Source: Rikenellaceae bacterium
GTDB taxonomy: Bacteria > Bacteroidota > Bacteroidia > Bacteroidales > Rikenellaceae
DNA: 64,000 nucleotides
NCBI GenBank assembly: GCA_015059805.1
Contig: SUZO01000005.1
Span: 12,285 to 76,284 of the forward strand
Direction of reading: 5' to 3'
This document shows positions 52,986 to 61,897 of the stretch, in pieces (the first letter of the stretch is position 1; each line of letters starts with the position of its first letter). The position numbers and the translations under genes are program-made. The notes below the pieces were generated by a model that was not told where the DNA came from, made no database searches, and saw nothing but the letters and a program-made list of their open reading frames with translations.

Positions 52986-55193
52986 ATGGACTACAGTAGG
53001 GAAGATGAAAAACTTATAGATGAAGCCTGGCAAGACCTCACAGCCTCTTGTACGAAAATATGCAAGGGTGAGGATGACTGGAATTTCATCAAGCGTGCAT
53101 TCTTCTTAGCAAAGGAGGCACATCAGGGGGTAAGGCGCCGTTCAGGAGAGCCATACCTCCTGCATCCTATTGCTGTAGCCAAGATTGTAATTGAAGAGAT
53201 TGGTCTGGGTGTAAAGTCCGTTGTGGCAGCCCTTCTACACGATGTAGTAGAGGATACTGAATATACCGTGGAGGACATAGAGCGAATTTTCGGACAGAAA
53301 ATCGCCTCCATGGTTGATGGACTTACAAAGATGTCTGGCGTCTTTAATGCCGACACCTCCGCCCAAGCCGAGTACTTCCGCAAGGTACTTTTAACCCTCT
53401 CGCACGATGTGAGAGTTATCCTTATAAAGATTGCGGACCGACTACACAACATGCGAACCCTCGGCTATATGCCAAAGGATAAGCAGATAAAGATTACTGG
53501 CGAGACGATACACCTCTTTGCTCCATTAGCCTACAGATTGGGACTATACCCTATAAAGAGCGAGCTGGAGGACCTTTGCATGAAGTATCGTTTCCCTGAA
53601 GAGTACGCCGAGATACAGCGTAAAATTGAGGAGACAGAACCAGAAAGACAACAGTATATCAATAAGTTCTGCGCTCCAATTCACGCAATACTTCAACAGA
53701 ACAATATCGACTATGAACTATCCGCAAGGGTCAAAAGCGTCTACTCAATATGGTCTAAGATGCAACGTAAACAGATACCATTTGAGGAGATATACGACCT
53801 CTTTGCCATTCGCATAGTCTTTAAGCCTCTGCCATTCCCATCTGAAAAGACTCAATGCTGGCAGATATACTCCTCAATTACAGACATTTACACCCCTAAA
53901 CCCGATCGTTTGCGCGACTGGATTAGCATGCCTAAGGCAAACGGATATGAGGCATTACACTCAACCGTTATGGGCAATGATGGCATATGGGTAGAGGTAC
54001 AAATACGCACGCAGCGCATGGAGGAGATTGCCGACCATGGATTTGCCGCACATTGGAAGTACAAGCAAGCAACCCAGAGCGAGGATGCCTTTGACAACTG
54101 GTTAGGGAAGATTCGTGATGCTCTGAGTGGCTCAACGGAGAATGCTGTTGAGTTCTTGGATAACTTTAAGTTATCGCTGTATACTTCTGAAATTACAGTA
54201 TTTACACCAAAGGGCGAACAACGAAAATTACCTTTCGGCGCTACAGCTCTTGACTTCGCATACGACATCCATACCAAGATTGGAAACAAGGCAATCGGAG
54301 CTAAAATCAACCACAAAATTGAGCCAGTAACTAAGCAAATCAACTCTGGCGACCAAATTGAGATAATCACAGCCGATAACGCCTCGCCAAAGCCAGAATG
54401 GATTGATATTGTGGTCACTACAAAGGCAAAACAGGCGATTGCTAACTATCTAAAGCGCGTGCGTGAGGATAATATCAGCCATGGTCTTGCGCTATTTGAG
54501 CAAAAAGTATCACAATTTAACATCACCCTGAGCGGTAGCGTTCTACGCAAAGTGATGCAAGCTTACGGCTGCAAATATAAGGACGAATTCTACAGCAAGA
54601 TTGGCGCTGGCATTATATCTCTTGATAATATTGAGAAGATTATCAAGTCAAGTTCAGCAAGCAAAATGCTGAAATTCTGGAAGTTATGGCGCGATTCACG
54701 TTCAAATAATGATAACGACGATGCGCCATTACAGGAGGCAGAACAACCGCTTGAAGATGACAAATTCACCATTGCCAGCTGCTGCAATCCACTCCCTGGA
54801 GATAGTGTAGTTGGCTTCAAAGACCCAACTACAGGGCGTATTATCGTCCACAAAGCAACCTGCAACGAACTCAACCGATTAGCGTCACTATTTGGCAAAA
54901 ACATCATCAAAGACCAAATTCGCTGGTCACAGCATAAGGCTGTTTCATACCTCTCAACCATTGAATTGAGGGGTATAGACCGAATGGGACTGCTTTTAGA
55001 GATCTCTCGCGTTGTCTCTGAGGACTTTAGCATCAACATCCGCGAGGTCTCAATACGTAGCCACGACGGCATTTTTGAGGGTAATTTAAGCATTTACGTA
55101 CAAGACGCAGAGTCCCTGCACGCCCTGATGGATAAATTTAGGAGCATAAAGGGCATTGAAAGCGTCAAAAGAGGTGTAGAACATAAAGAGTAA
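52986..55193 (+). CDS. relA: Bifunctional (p)ppGpp synthetase/hydrolase
   Basis: HDVVEDT hydrolase motif, NGYEALH and EVQIRT synthetase motifs, TGS and ACT domains. Confidence 0.93.
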   Translation: MDYSREDEKLIDEAWQDLTASCTKICKGEDDWNFIKRAFFLAKEAHQGVRRRSGEPYLLHPIAVAKIVIEEIGLGVKSVVAALLHDVVEDTEYTVEDIERIFGQKIASMVDGLTKMSGVFNADTSAQAEYFRKVLLTLSHDVRVILIKIADRLHNMRTLGYMPKDKQIKITGETIHLFAPLAYRLGLYPIKSELEDLCMKYRFPEEYAEIQRKIEETEPERQQYINKFCAPIHAILQQNNIDYELSARVKSVYSIWSKMQRKQIPFEEIYDLFAIRIVFKPLPFPSEKTQCWQIYSSITDIYTPKPDRLRDWISMPKANGYEALHSTVMGNDGIWVEVQIRTQRMEEIADHGFAAHWKYKQATQSEDAFDNWLGKIRDALSGSTENAVEFLDNFKLSLYTSEITVFTPKGEQRKLPFGATALDFAYDIHTKIGNKAIGAKINHKIEPVTKQINSGDQIEIITADNASPKPEWIDIVVTTKAKQAIANYLKRVREDNISHGLALFEQKVSQFNITLSGSVLRKVMQAYGCKYKDEFYSKIGAGIISLDNIEKIIKSSSASKMLKFWKLWRDSRSNNDNDDAPLQEAEQPLEDDKFTIASCCNPLPGDSVVGFKDPTTGRIIVHKATCNELNRLASLFGKNIIKDQIRWSQHKAVSYLSTIELRGIDRMGLLLEISRVVSEDFSINIREVSIRSHDGIFEGNLSIYVQDAESLHALMDKFRSIKGIESVKRGVEHKE

Positions 55194-55196
55194 ATT

Positions 55197-55592
55197 ATGG
55201 GATTTTTAGAGATTATTATCACAACTGTAGTGCTAATAGTAGTTACAGCAATCACTCAAAGTGGAAAGAATACTAAAGCACAACGCAAGATACAAGCGCC
55301 TATAAATGTGGATGATACAGACTCTACATTAAGCGATACTATAGATACAAGTAATCCAGTTACTTCAAGTAATACTTTAACTACTAAAAGTACTTCGCTA
55401 CACATGGATAACACAAAAGCAAAACCAAAAGTAGCGCACAGAGCTGCAGCGCAGGGTGCAAAAGCCTCTCAGAGCCCTAAAAACACTCCAAAAACAGCCT
55501 CAGACTGCGAAGATGATACAACATTTGACCTAAGAAAGGCTGTCATCTATTCAGAGATTTTGACCCCTAAATTCAAAGAGGAAGATTTTTAA
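55197..55592 (+). CDS. Hypothetical membrane-anchored protein
   Basis: N-terminal helix, low-complexity linker, C-terminal FDLRKAVIYSEILTPKF. Confidence 0.7.
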   Translation: MGFLEIIITTVVLIVVTAITQSGKNTKAQRKIQAPINVDDTDSTLSDTIDTSNPVTSSNTLTTKSTSLHMDNTKAKPKVAHRAAAQGAKASQSPKNTPKTASDCEDDTTFDLRKAVIYSEILTPKFKEEDF

Positions 55593-55615
55593 CCTATATA
55601 AATATAACAGAAAAT

Positions 55616-56002
55616 ATGGCTACAATATTCTCAAAAATCATAGCAGGGGAGATTCCTTGCTATAAAGTGGCTGAAAACGAGGATTATTTCGCGTTTTTAG
55701 ACATCAATCCACTCCAGAAGGGACACACGTTGGTCGTTCCTAAGTGCGAAACAGACTATATTTTTGACCTTGACGACCAGACTTTAGGAGGCATGGTTGT
55801 ATTTGCTAAGCAAATCGCCGCAAAAATAGAGAAATTTACTGGTTGTAAGAAGGTCGCAATGGTAGTTTTAGGCTTAGAAGTACCACATGCACACATCCAT
55901 CTAATCCCTATGAACACCGAAAACGATGTTGATTTCCGCAAGGAAAAGCTTAAATTGACTCCAGAAGAGTTTGCAGAAATAGCGAAAGAGCTCAGCCGAT
56001 AG
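55616..56002 (+). CDS. HIT family protein
   Basis: TIFSKII, GHTLVVPK and VPHAHIHL motifs. Confidence 0.95.
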   Translation: MATIFSKIIAGEIPCYKVAENEDYFAFLDINPLQKGHTLVVPKCETDYIFDLDDQTLGGMVVFAKQIAAKIEKFTGCKKVAMVVLGLEVPHAHIHLIPMNTENDVDFRKEKLKLTPEEFAEIAKELSR

Positions 56003-56612
56003 GGGAGATATTAACAATTTGTAAAGTCCTTATATCCAACGATATAGGGACTTATTTTTATGTTATTAACAATGTAATTTAACATAATATACAAAATATC
56101 ACTTAACAGAGTAGAATAATTGAGCGATAAACACCTCATAATTAACATTTGTAATCACTATAAACTCTTATATTATATACATTTGTAAACGTTATTAAGG
56201 AATTACTATTGTTAATAACCGGTATCTGATAACAAATGTAATCGCTAAAACGTATACAAAAATTATCACTTTTTCCACATAAATGTGCAAGTTCAGTTAT
56301 TGTATTTATAGGTGTTTAGGTGTTATAAATCAGCAACTTACAATATTTACCAAAAGGATAGTTTAATACCGCAGGTTATATATTGGTTATTTGAGAGAGT
56401 TGTCTTAAAATTGCTTGTAATAGTAGTATTAAAGTGTTCAATTCCAGTTATTTACGTAGTGCATATGGAGTATTACTTAAATTATCTCTTTAATCCGAAT
56501 TTAACAATTACTGTTTTATATACAGTTGTAAACAATGTTAATAACTGTGAACAGTTATAAAATATAGTTGTTAATTTGTTATTTTTGTAAAATTTGTTTA
56601 CCTTTGTAAAAA
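56003..56612. other. AT-rich intergenic region with DnaA-box-like and ACA-Nx-TGT motifs (oriC candidate)
   Basis: TTATTAACA 56063, TGTTAATAA 56210 and 56536, TTTTCCACA 56271. Confidence 0.45.
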
Positions 56613-56621
56613 TTGACAAAA

Positions 56622-57053
56622 ATGAAGGAAAAATTAGAGTATTTGATGAATCAGACTGGTTTGCGAGTTGGACAGATTGCCGACATGCTTGGAGTAAAAG
56701 CTCCAGTTGTCTCTCACCTACTGGTGGGGCGCAACCTTCCTAACTTTAAGCTGACAGCAAAAATTATTGAGGTATTTTCGGACTACTCCCCTCTCTGGTG
56801 GTTGGGATTGAGTGATGATCCTCATGCGACATTTACAACAGTTGGCAAATCTCCGAGTTCGGAGAGTCAGGAGAGCAACCACTCAAATTTAACGCCTTCA
56901 ACAAGCACTTCAGAGCCTACCCTTTTTGAAGAGATTGATGAGACGACTGACCAAGCGTCAATCGTCCCATCTCGTAGCACTTCAGAAATTGAGCGAGTGA
57001 TTGTCTTCTATCGTGACAAGAGCTTTGAAAGTTTCACACCCAAAAAGAGGTGA
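56622..57053 (+). CDS. XRE-family HTH protein
   Basis: N-terminal HTH (IADMLGV...VSHLLVGRNLP), C-terminal IERVIVFYRDKSF motif. Confidence 0.85.
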   Translation: MKEKLEYLMNQTGLRVGQIADMLGVKAPVVSHLLVGRNLPNFKLTAKIIEVFSDYSPLWWLGLSDDPHATFTTVGKSPSSESQESNHSNLTPSTSTSEPTLFEEIDETTDQASIVPSRSTSEIERVIVFYRDKSFESFTPKKR

Positions 57054-57408
57054 TACATAGACCACCAGAACTAAAACCGCAGCTGCTACTCAAAATTAAG
57101 CCTTCAATACTCTAAAAATTCCGCACAACAACTCAGAAAAAATCATCTATTAAATTCTCAGAGGGTTAAACTATCCTCAATTGTTTCATAAATTCACTAA
57201 TATTCAGCTACTTACACTAATTATTAACAATCATGAAATCTACTATCACCTAACCCCTATTATTATTTTTTGCGATTTATTTTTAACATAATGTACATAT
57301 TACCGCATTTTGGTATTGCTATTCTTTGCGACCCCTATCAGCAATTTATTTTCGGTTAATTGCACACTTTTCGTAAATTAGCACTACCTTTGTGGAGATA
57401 ATGATTTT

Positions 57409-58269
57409 ATGATGAGAAAGATTTTACACCTATTTATATATATAGCGCTAATTTTTGTTGCGGGCAGTTGCGGTAACAGTGTTAAAAAGAGTTATGACAA
57501 CACAATCTTTGTATCTATAGCTCCACTAAAACCACTTGTTGAAGCTATTGTCGGTGAGGAGTTTAGTGTTGAGATTCTTGTGCCAGCAGGAGCCTCGCCA
57601 GAGACTTTTGAGCCTACGCCCAAGCAATTTATAGCGCTCAATGAGTCTGTGATGGTTCTTGGTACTGGTCTTTTAGACTTTGAGAAGTCTATTCTGCAGC
57701 GCGTGCATGACCAAAACAAGGTAATAGACCTAAGCCAAGGTATTACAACCATTGCTGGCAGTTGTTCGCACACACATCACGGCAAGCACTGTCACCACGG
57801 CGTTGATCCTCACATTTGGTGCTCACCAAAGTGTATTGACATCATGGCGCAGAATATCTACAATGCCCTTGTTGCCAAAATGCCTAACAAGGATTACACG
57901 GCATCATATAGTGCTCTAAATGAGAGAATTCAGGAGTTGGATAGAGCTGTAAATAGTCTATGCAACAACTCTGCACTCCCCTACTTTATCATCTATCATC
58001 CTGCCCTGACATATTTAGCTCGTGACTACAATCTTGAGCAGGTAGCTATAGAGCATGAGGGCAAAGAGCCGAGTGCCAAGCGTTTAGCGTCAATAATTGA
58101 GCGAGCACAACGAGATGGGATAAAGAGGGTCTTTTATCAGAGCGAATTTCCAGAGTCAAGTGTAGCTGTTATTGCAGAGGATATTGGTGCTGAAGCGGTG
58201 GAAATCAATCCGTTAGAGGAGAATATCTTTGAAAATATTTCAACTATCGCAACACTTATAACTGAGTAA
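57409..58269 (+). CDS. Zn/Mn ABC transporter substrate-binding lipoprotein (ZnuA-like)
   Basis: Lipobox, His-rich loop, DPHIW, YHPA and EGKEPS motifs. Confidence 0.9.
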   Translation: MMRKILHLFIYIALIFVAGSCGNSVKKSYDNTIFVSIAPLKPLVEAIVGEEFSVEILVPAGASPETFEPTPKQFIALNESVMVLGTGLLDFEKSILQRVHDQNKVIDLSQGITTIAGSCSHTHHGKHCHHGVDPHIWCSPKCIDIMAQNIYNALVAKMPNKDYTASYSALNERIQELDRAVNSLCNNSALPYFIIYHPALTYLARDYNLEQVAIEHEGKEPSAKRLASIIERAQRDGIKRVFYQSEFPESSVAVIAEDIGAEAVEINPLEENIFENISTIATLITE

Positions 58270-58272
58270 AGA

Positions 58273-59052
58273 ATGACACCAATAGTAGCTCTTAACAACG
58301 TAACTGTAAAGTATGACAATAGTATAGCGTTACAAAATGCATCGCTAAATATCTTCAGCGACGACTTTATTGGTATCATTGGTCCAAACGGTGGAGGTAA
58401 GACAACCCTTATAAAGGCGATTCTGGGCATTATTGACTATAGCGGAGAGATTACGCTTGCCCCATCTCTATATCGTCATTCCGAGAGGCTTATTGGCTAC
58501 CTTCCTCAGCAGTCAAACTTTGACCGAGCCTTTCCAATCCCTATTATTGAGGTTGTAATGTCGGGATTGCAGAGCGAGAGAGGTTTTTTCAACAGATATA
58601 CCCGACAGGATAGACTGAAAGCGATGCAACTGCTTGATATTACGGGCATTGTGGATATAGCAGACAAAACAATCGGTGAAATTTCAGGCGGTCAGATGCA
58701 ACGAGCACTGCTCTGTCGTGCAATTATTGCCGAGCCAAAGTTGCTTATTCTTGATGAGCCTACAAACTTTGTAGACAACAGCTTTGAAAATGAGCTATAT
58801 ACCCTACTTCGTAAGTTCAATGAACAGATGGCGATAGTTATGGTTTCGCACGATGTGGGAACTATTACCAGCACGGTCAAAAGCATCGTCTGTGTAAATA
58901 AAACTGTCCATCGCCACGACTCTAATATAATTACTCAGGAGCAGTTAGACAACTACGACTGCCCTATCCAGATTGTTAGCCACGGACATGTGCCGCATAC
59001 AGTCCTCGCCCACCACGATGGCGACGGCTGCAAGTGCGGACATAGTAAGTAG
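58273..59052 (+). CDS. Zn/Mn ABC transporter ATP-binding protein (ZnuC-like)
   Basis: GPNGGGKT, ISGGQ and LDEP motifs; His/Cys-rich tail. Confidence 0.9.
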   Translation: MTPIVALNNVTVKYDNSIALQNASLNIFSDDFIGIIGPNGGGKTTLIKAILGIIDYSGEITLAPSLYRHSERLIGYLPQQSNFDRAFPIPIIEVVMSGLQSERGFFNRYTRQDRLKAMQLLDITGIVDIADKTIGEISGGQMQRALLCRAIIAEPKLLILDEPTNFVDNSFENELYTLLRKFNEQMAIVMVSHDVGTITSTVKSIVCVNKTVHRHDSNIITQEQLDNYDCPIQIVSHGHVPHTVLAHHDGDGCKCGHSK

Positions 59053-59177
59053 TACAACGCCGCGATTAAGCCGAGAGCAGAGACGGCTTGCAGACTTTGC
59101 CGAGGCGGAGCGGTGAAGGGTCGCCAAAGGCGAGCCAGCGCTCGGCTCAATTTTATCGTCAGAGTGGTGTAGTTGCA
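59053..59177. repeat. Second hairpin (REP-like) element abutting the dispersed repeat
   Basis: AGCCGAGAGC (59069-59078) pairs with GCGCTCGGCT (59138-59147); internal TCGCC-AAA-GGCGA hairpin. Confidence 0.5.
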
Positions 59178-59182
59178 CCTCC

Positions 59183-59310
59183 AGTTTGTTGTCAGAGCAC
59201 GGCAGATATAACGCTCGGCAAAAATCCCAGCGATGGATAGTACTTAACGTACAGCCATTGCTGGGATTTTTTGTTAGCGGCAGTAAATGCCGTGCTATCA
59301 CAACAAACTA
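59183..59310. repeat. Dispersed ~130-bp palindromic element, copy 2
   Basis: AGTTTGTTG/CAACAAACT ends; core near-identical to 44911-45040. Confidence 0.9.
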
Positions 59311-60573
59311 TCGGATGATTGTCTCCTCACGATCAGGTCCCACAGAAATAATCTTCACTGGAACACCGCACTCAGCCTCAATGAAGGCTACATAGTCCTT
59401 AAACTGCTGTGGGAACTCGTTATAGTTGCGGACATTGCAGATGTCGCAATTCCAGCCTGGGAACTCACGGTAGATAGGAACGATACTGTCATCAGCCTCG
59501 TATGGGAAGTAATCAACCTGCTTACCACCCACCTGATAACCAACAGCTACCTTGATAGTATCAAAGTCGTTAAGAATATCAGACTTCATCATAATAAGGG
59601 CTGTAACGCCATTCATCATAACGGCATACTTCAGAGCCACAAGGTCTAGCCAACCACAACGGCGTGGGCGACCAGTAGTTGCACCAAACTCGTTACCAAC
59701 CTGGCGAAGAGTCTCACCAATAGAGTCAAAGAGCTCTGTTGGGAATGGACCACTACCTACGCGAGTACAGTAAGCCTTGAAGATACCATAAACCTCACCA
59801 ATACGTGTTGGAGCAACGCCAAGACCTGTACATACACCTGCGCAGAGGGTATTAGATGATGTAACGTATGGATATGTACCAAACTCAATATCAAGCAGTG
59901 AGCCCTGAGCACCCTCAGCAAGGATTGTGGTGTCACTCTTTAGATAGTTATTCACAAGCATCTCGCTATCAACAAACTCAAAGCGCTTGAGCGACTCAAT
60001 GCCGCGGAACCACTCCTGCTCATAGGCATCAACATCCACCTGATAGTCGTACTGACGAAGCTGGAACAGGTGCTTATCCTTCAGAGCATGATAACGCTCC
60101 ATAAAATCAGGAAGAAGAATATCGCCTACACGCAGACCGTTACGACCAGTCTTATCCATATAAGCAGGACCGATACCCTTAAGAGTAGAGCCAATCTTAG
60201 TTTTGCCCTTAGCAGCCTCGCTGGCAGCATCAAGAGTTCGGTGAGTTGGAAGAATAAGGTGCGCACGCTTAGAGATTTTCAGTCTTGACACTACATCAAT
60301 ACCAGTAGCCTCAATCTGAGCTATCTCCTCAGCAAGAATTACAGGGTCAATAACCACACCATTACCGATAATGTTCATTGAACCATCGCGGAAGATACCA
60401 GATGGCACGGTGTGCAACACAAACTTATCACCATTAAAGTGCAGTGAGTGACCTGCATTTGGACCGCCCTGAAAACGAGCAATCACATCATAGTTAGGTG
60501 TCAAAACATCAACTACCTTACCTTTACCCTCGTCTCCCCACTGAAGACCGAGAACTACATCAACCTTTTTCAT
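59308..60573 (-). CDS. purA: Adenylosuccinate synthetase
   Basis: QWGDEGKGK, GGPNAGH, EGAQG and GATTGRPRRCGW motifs. Confidence 0.98.
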   Translation of the reverse strand: MKKVDVVLGLQWGDEGKGKVVDVLTPNYDVIARFQGGPNAGHSLHFNGDKFVLHTVPSGIFRDGSMNIIGNGVVIDPVILAEEIAQIEATGIDVVSRLKISKRAHLILPTHRTLDAASEAAKGKTKIGSTLKGIGPAYMDKTGRNGLRVGDILLPDFMERYHALKDKHLFQLRQYDYQVDVDAYEQEWFRGIESLKRFEFVDSEMLVNNYLKSDTTILAEGAQGSLLDIEFGTYPYVTSSNTLCAGVCTGLGVAPTRIGEVYGIFKAYCTRVGSGPFPTELFDSIGETLRQVGNEFGATTGRPRRCGWLDLVALKYAVMMNGVTALIMMKSDILNDFDTIKVAVGYQVGGKQVDYFPYEADDSIVPIYREFPGWNCDICNVRNYNEFPQQFKDYVAFIEAECGVPVKIISVGPDREETIIR

Positions 60574-60733
60574 ATATCAAGTTTAAGTTTTATTCTACAG
60601 CGTAAAGTTACATTACTTTTTCCGAATAGCCAAACAAAGCCACCCTTTTTTTCAACAATTTATTGACTTAACCGCCATAAATAAAATTCATGAAAAAATT
60701 TGGCAATTTTATTATAAAATAGTATCTTTGTGT

Positions 60734-61489
60734 ATGCGATATTTTGTAGAACTGAGATACGATGGTGCTGCGTACTGTGGGTGGCAACGACAGCCAGATA
60801 TGCCTACGGTGCAACAGACTATTGAGCAGGCACTTACAAAGTTATTGCGCAAGCAGACAGAGATTGTGGGTGCAGGGCGAACTGATACGGGGGTAAACGC
60901 CTCCTATTATGTCGCACACTTTGACACTGATAACCAGATAGATAGCACACTTGTTCTTTATAAGCTCAACATGATGCTACCGAAGGACATTGCAGTTTTC
61001 TCTATCTCTGCTGTAAGCGAAACTGCTCATGCTCGTTTTGATGCGTTAGAGCGAGAGTACACCTATTTTATCTCTCAGACAAAGAATCCATTTCGCCGTC
61101 ATTCGGCATGGCTATACTATGTTCAGCTGGATATTGATGCGATGAATAAGGCGGCAGCTAAATTGATGAATTACAGCGACTTTACATCGTTTGCAAAGCT
61201 CAATTCTAACAATAAGACCAACATCTGTCGCATTATGGATGCACACTGGAGCGTTGAGGATGATGGCATTTTGCGCTTTACCATTCGCGCAGACCGTTTC
61301 TTGAGAAATATGGTGCGCTCTATTGTCGGCACGCTTGTAGATGTGGGTCGTGGAAGATATAGCGTGGAGGAGTTCTGCAAGATTGTTGAGGCTCGTGATC
61401 TGCGCCTCTCCAGCGCGGGAGCTCCAGCTCAAGGTCTGTTCCTTAGCGATGTGGTGTACGATAAAGAGATTTTTGTCAAATCAATTTAA
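60734..61489 (+). CDS. truA: tRNA pseudouridine(38-40) synthase
   Basis: YDG..Y.GWQRQ, GAGRTDTGV, HARF and FLRNMVR motifs. Confidence 0.96.
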   Translation: MRYFVELRYDGAAYCGWQRQPDMPTVQQTIEQALTKLLRKQTEIVGAGRTDTGVNASYYVAHFDTDNQIDSTLVLYKLNMMLPKDIAVFSISAVSETAHARFDALEREYTYFISQTKNPFRRHSAWLYYVQLDIDAMNKAAAKLMNYSDFTSFAKLNSNNKTNICRIMDAHWSVEDDGILRFTIRADRFLRNMVRSIVGTLVDVGRGRYSVEEFCKIVEARDLRLSSAGAPAQGLFLSDVVYDKEIFVKSI

Positions 61490-61514
61490 TACTTAACTTA
61501 AAAAATTTTTAATT

Positions 61515-61694
61515 ATGGGAACTTTACTCTATCTACTCGGTGTTGCGCTTTCAGTGTATGCAGTTTATGAGATTTTCACTAAGAAACCTGCAACAGAGAT
61601 GGGAATGAAGATTGTTTGGTCAGTTGTAATTCTTTGCACAAGCTGGATTGGTCTTGCTTTGTACTACTTCTACCTTCGTAATAAGCTTCAGTAA
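61515..61694 (+). CDS. Small two-helix membrane protein, PLDc_N-like (59 aa)
   Basis: Not in the ORF track. MGTLLYLLGVALSVYAVYEIFTKKPATEMGMKIVWSVVILCTSWIGLALYYFYLRNKLQ; K..W...I.....IG...Y pattern. Confidence 0.75.
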   Translation: MGTLLYLLGVALSVYAVYEIFTKKPATEMGMKIVWSVVILCTSWIGLALYYFYLRNKLQ

Positions 61695-61709
61695 ACCATT
61701 CACGGTGCA

Positions 61710-61752
61710 CAATAAGGGAGTGTCTAACAAGTTTTTAGACACTCCCTTATTG
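61710..61752. terminator. Terminator-like hairpin
   Basis: CAATAAGGGAGTGTCTAA / TTAGACACTCCCTTATTG 18-bp inverted repeat. Confidence 0.7.
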
Positions 61753-61754
61753 TT

Positions 61755-61877
61755 AGAAGTTGTATAACAAGAGGGATTTCAAGGCTTGCGTAGCCCGAAA
61801 AACCGCAGCATACTGTAGCGTATGTGAGGATTTTGAGGGCAAGCGTAACGCAGAAAGCGCCTTGTTAGACAGCTTCT
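61755..61877. repeat. ~120-bp imperfect palindromic element
   Basis: AGAAGTTGT-A-TAACAAG / CTTGTTA-G-ACAGCTTCT outer stem; apical GCATAC-TGTAGC-GTATGT. Confidence 0.6.
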
Positions 61878-61897
61878 TGTTGTGATATGAGAGGAGC

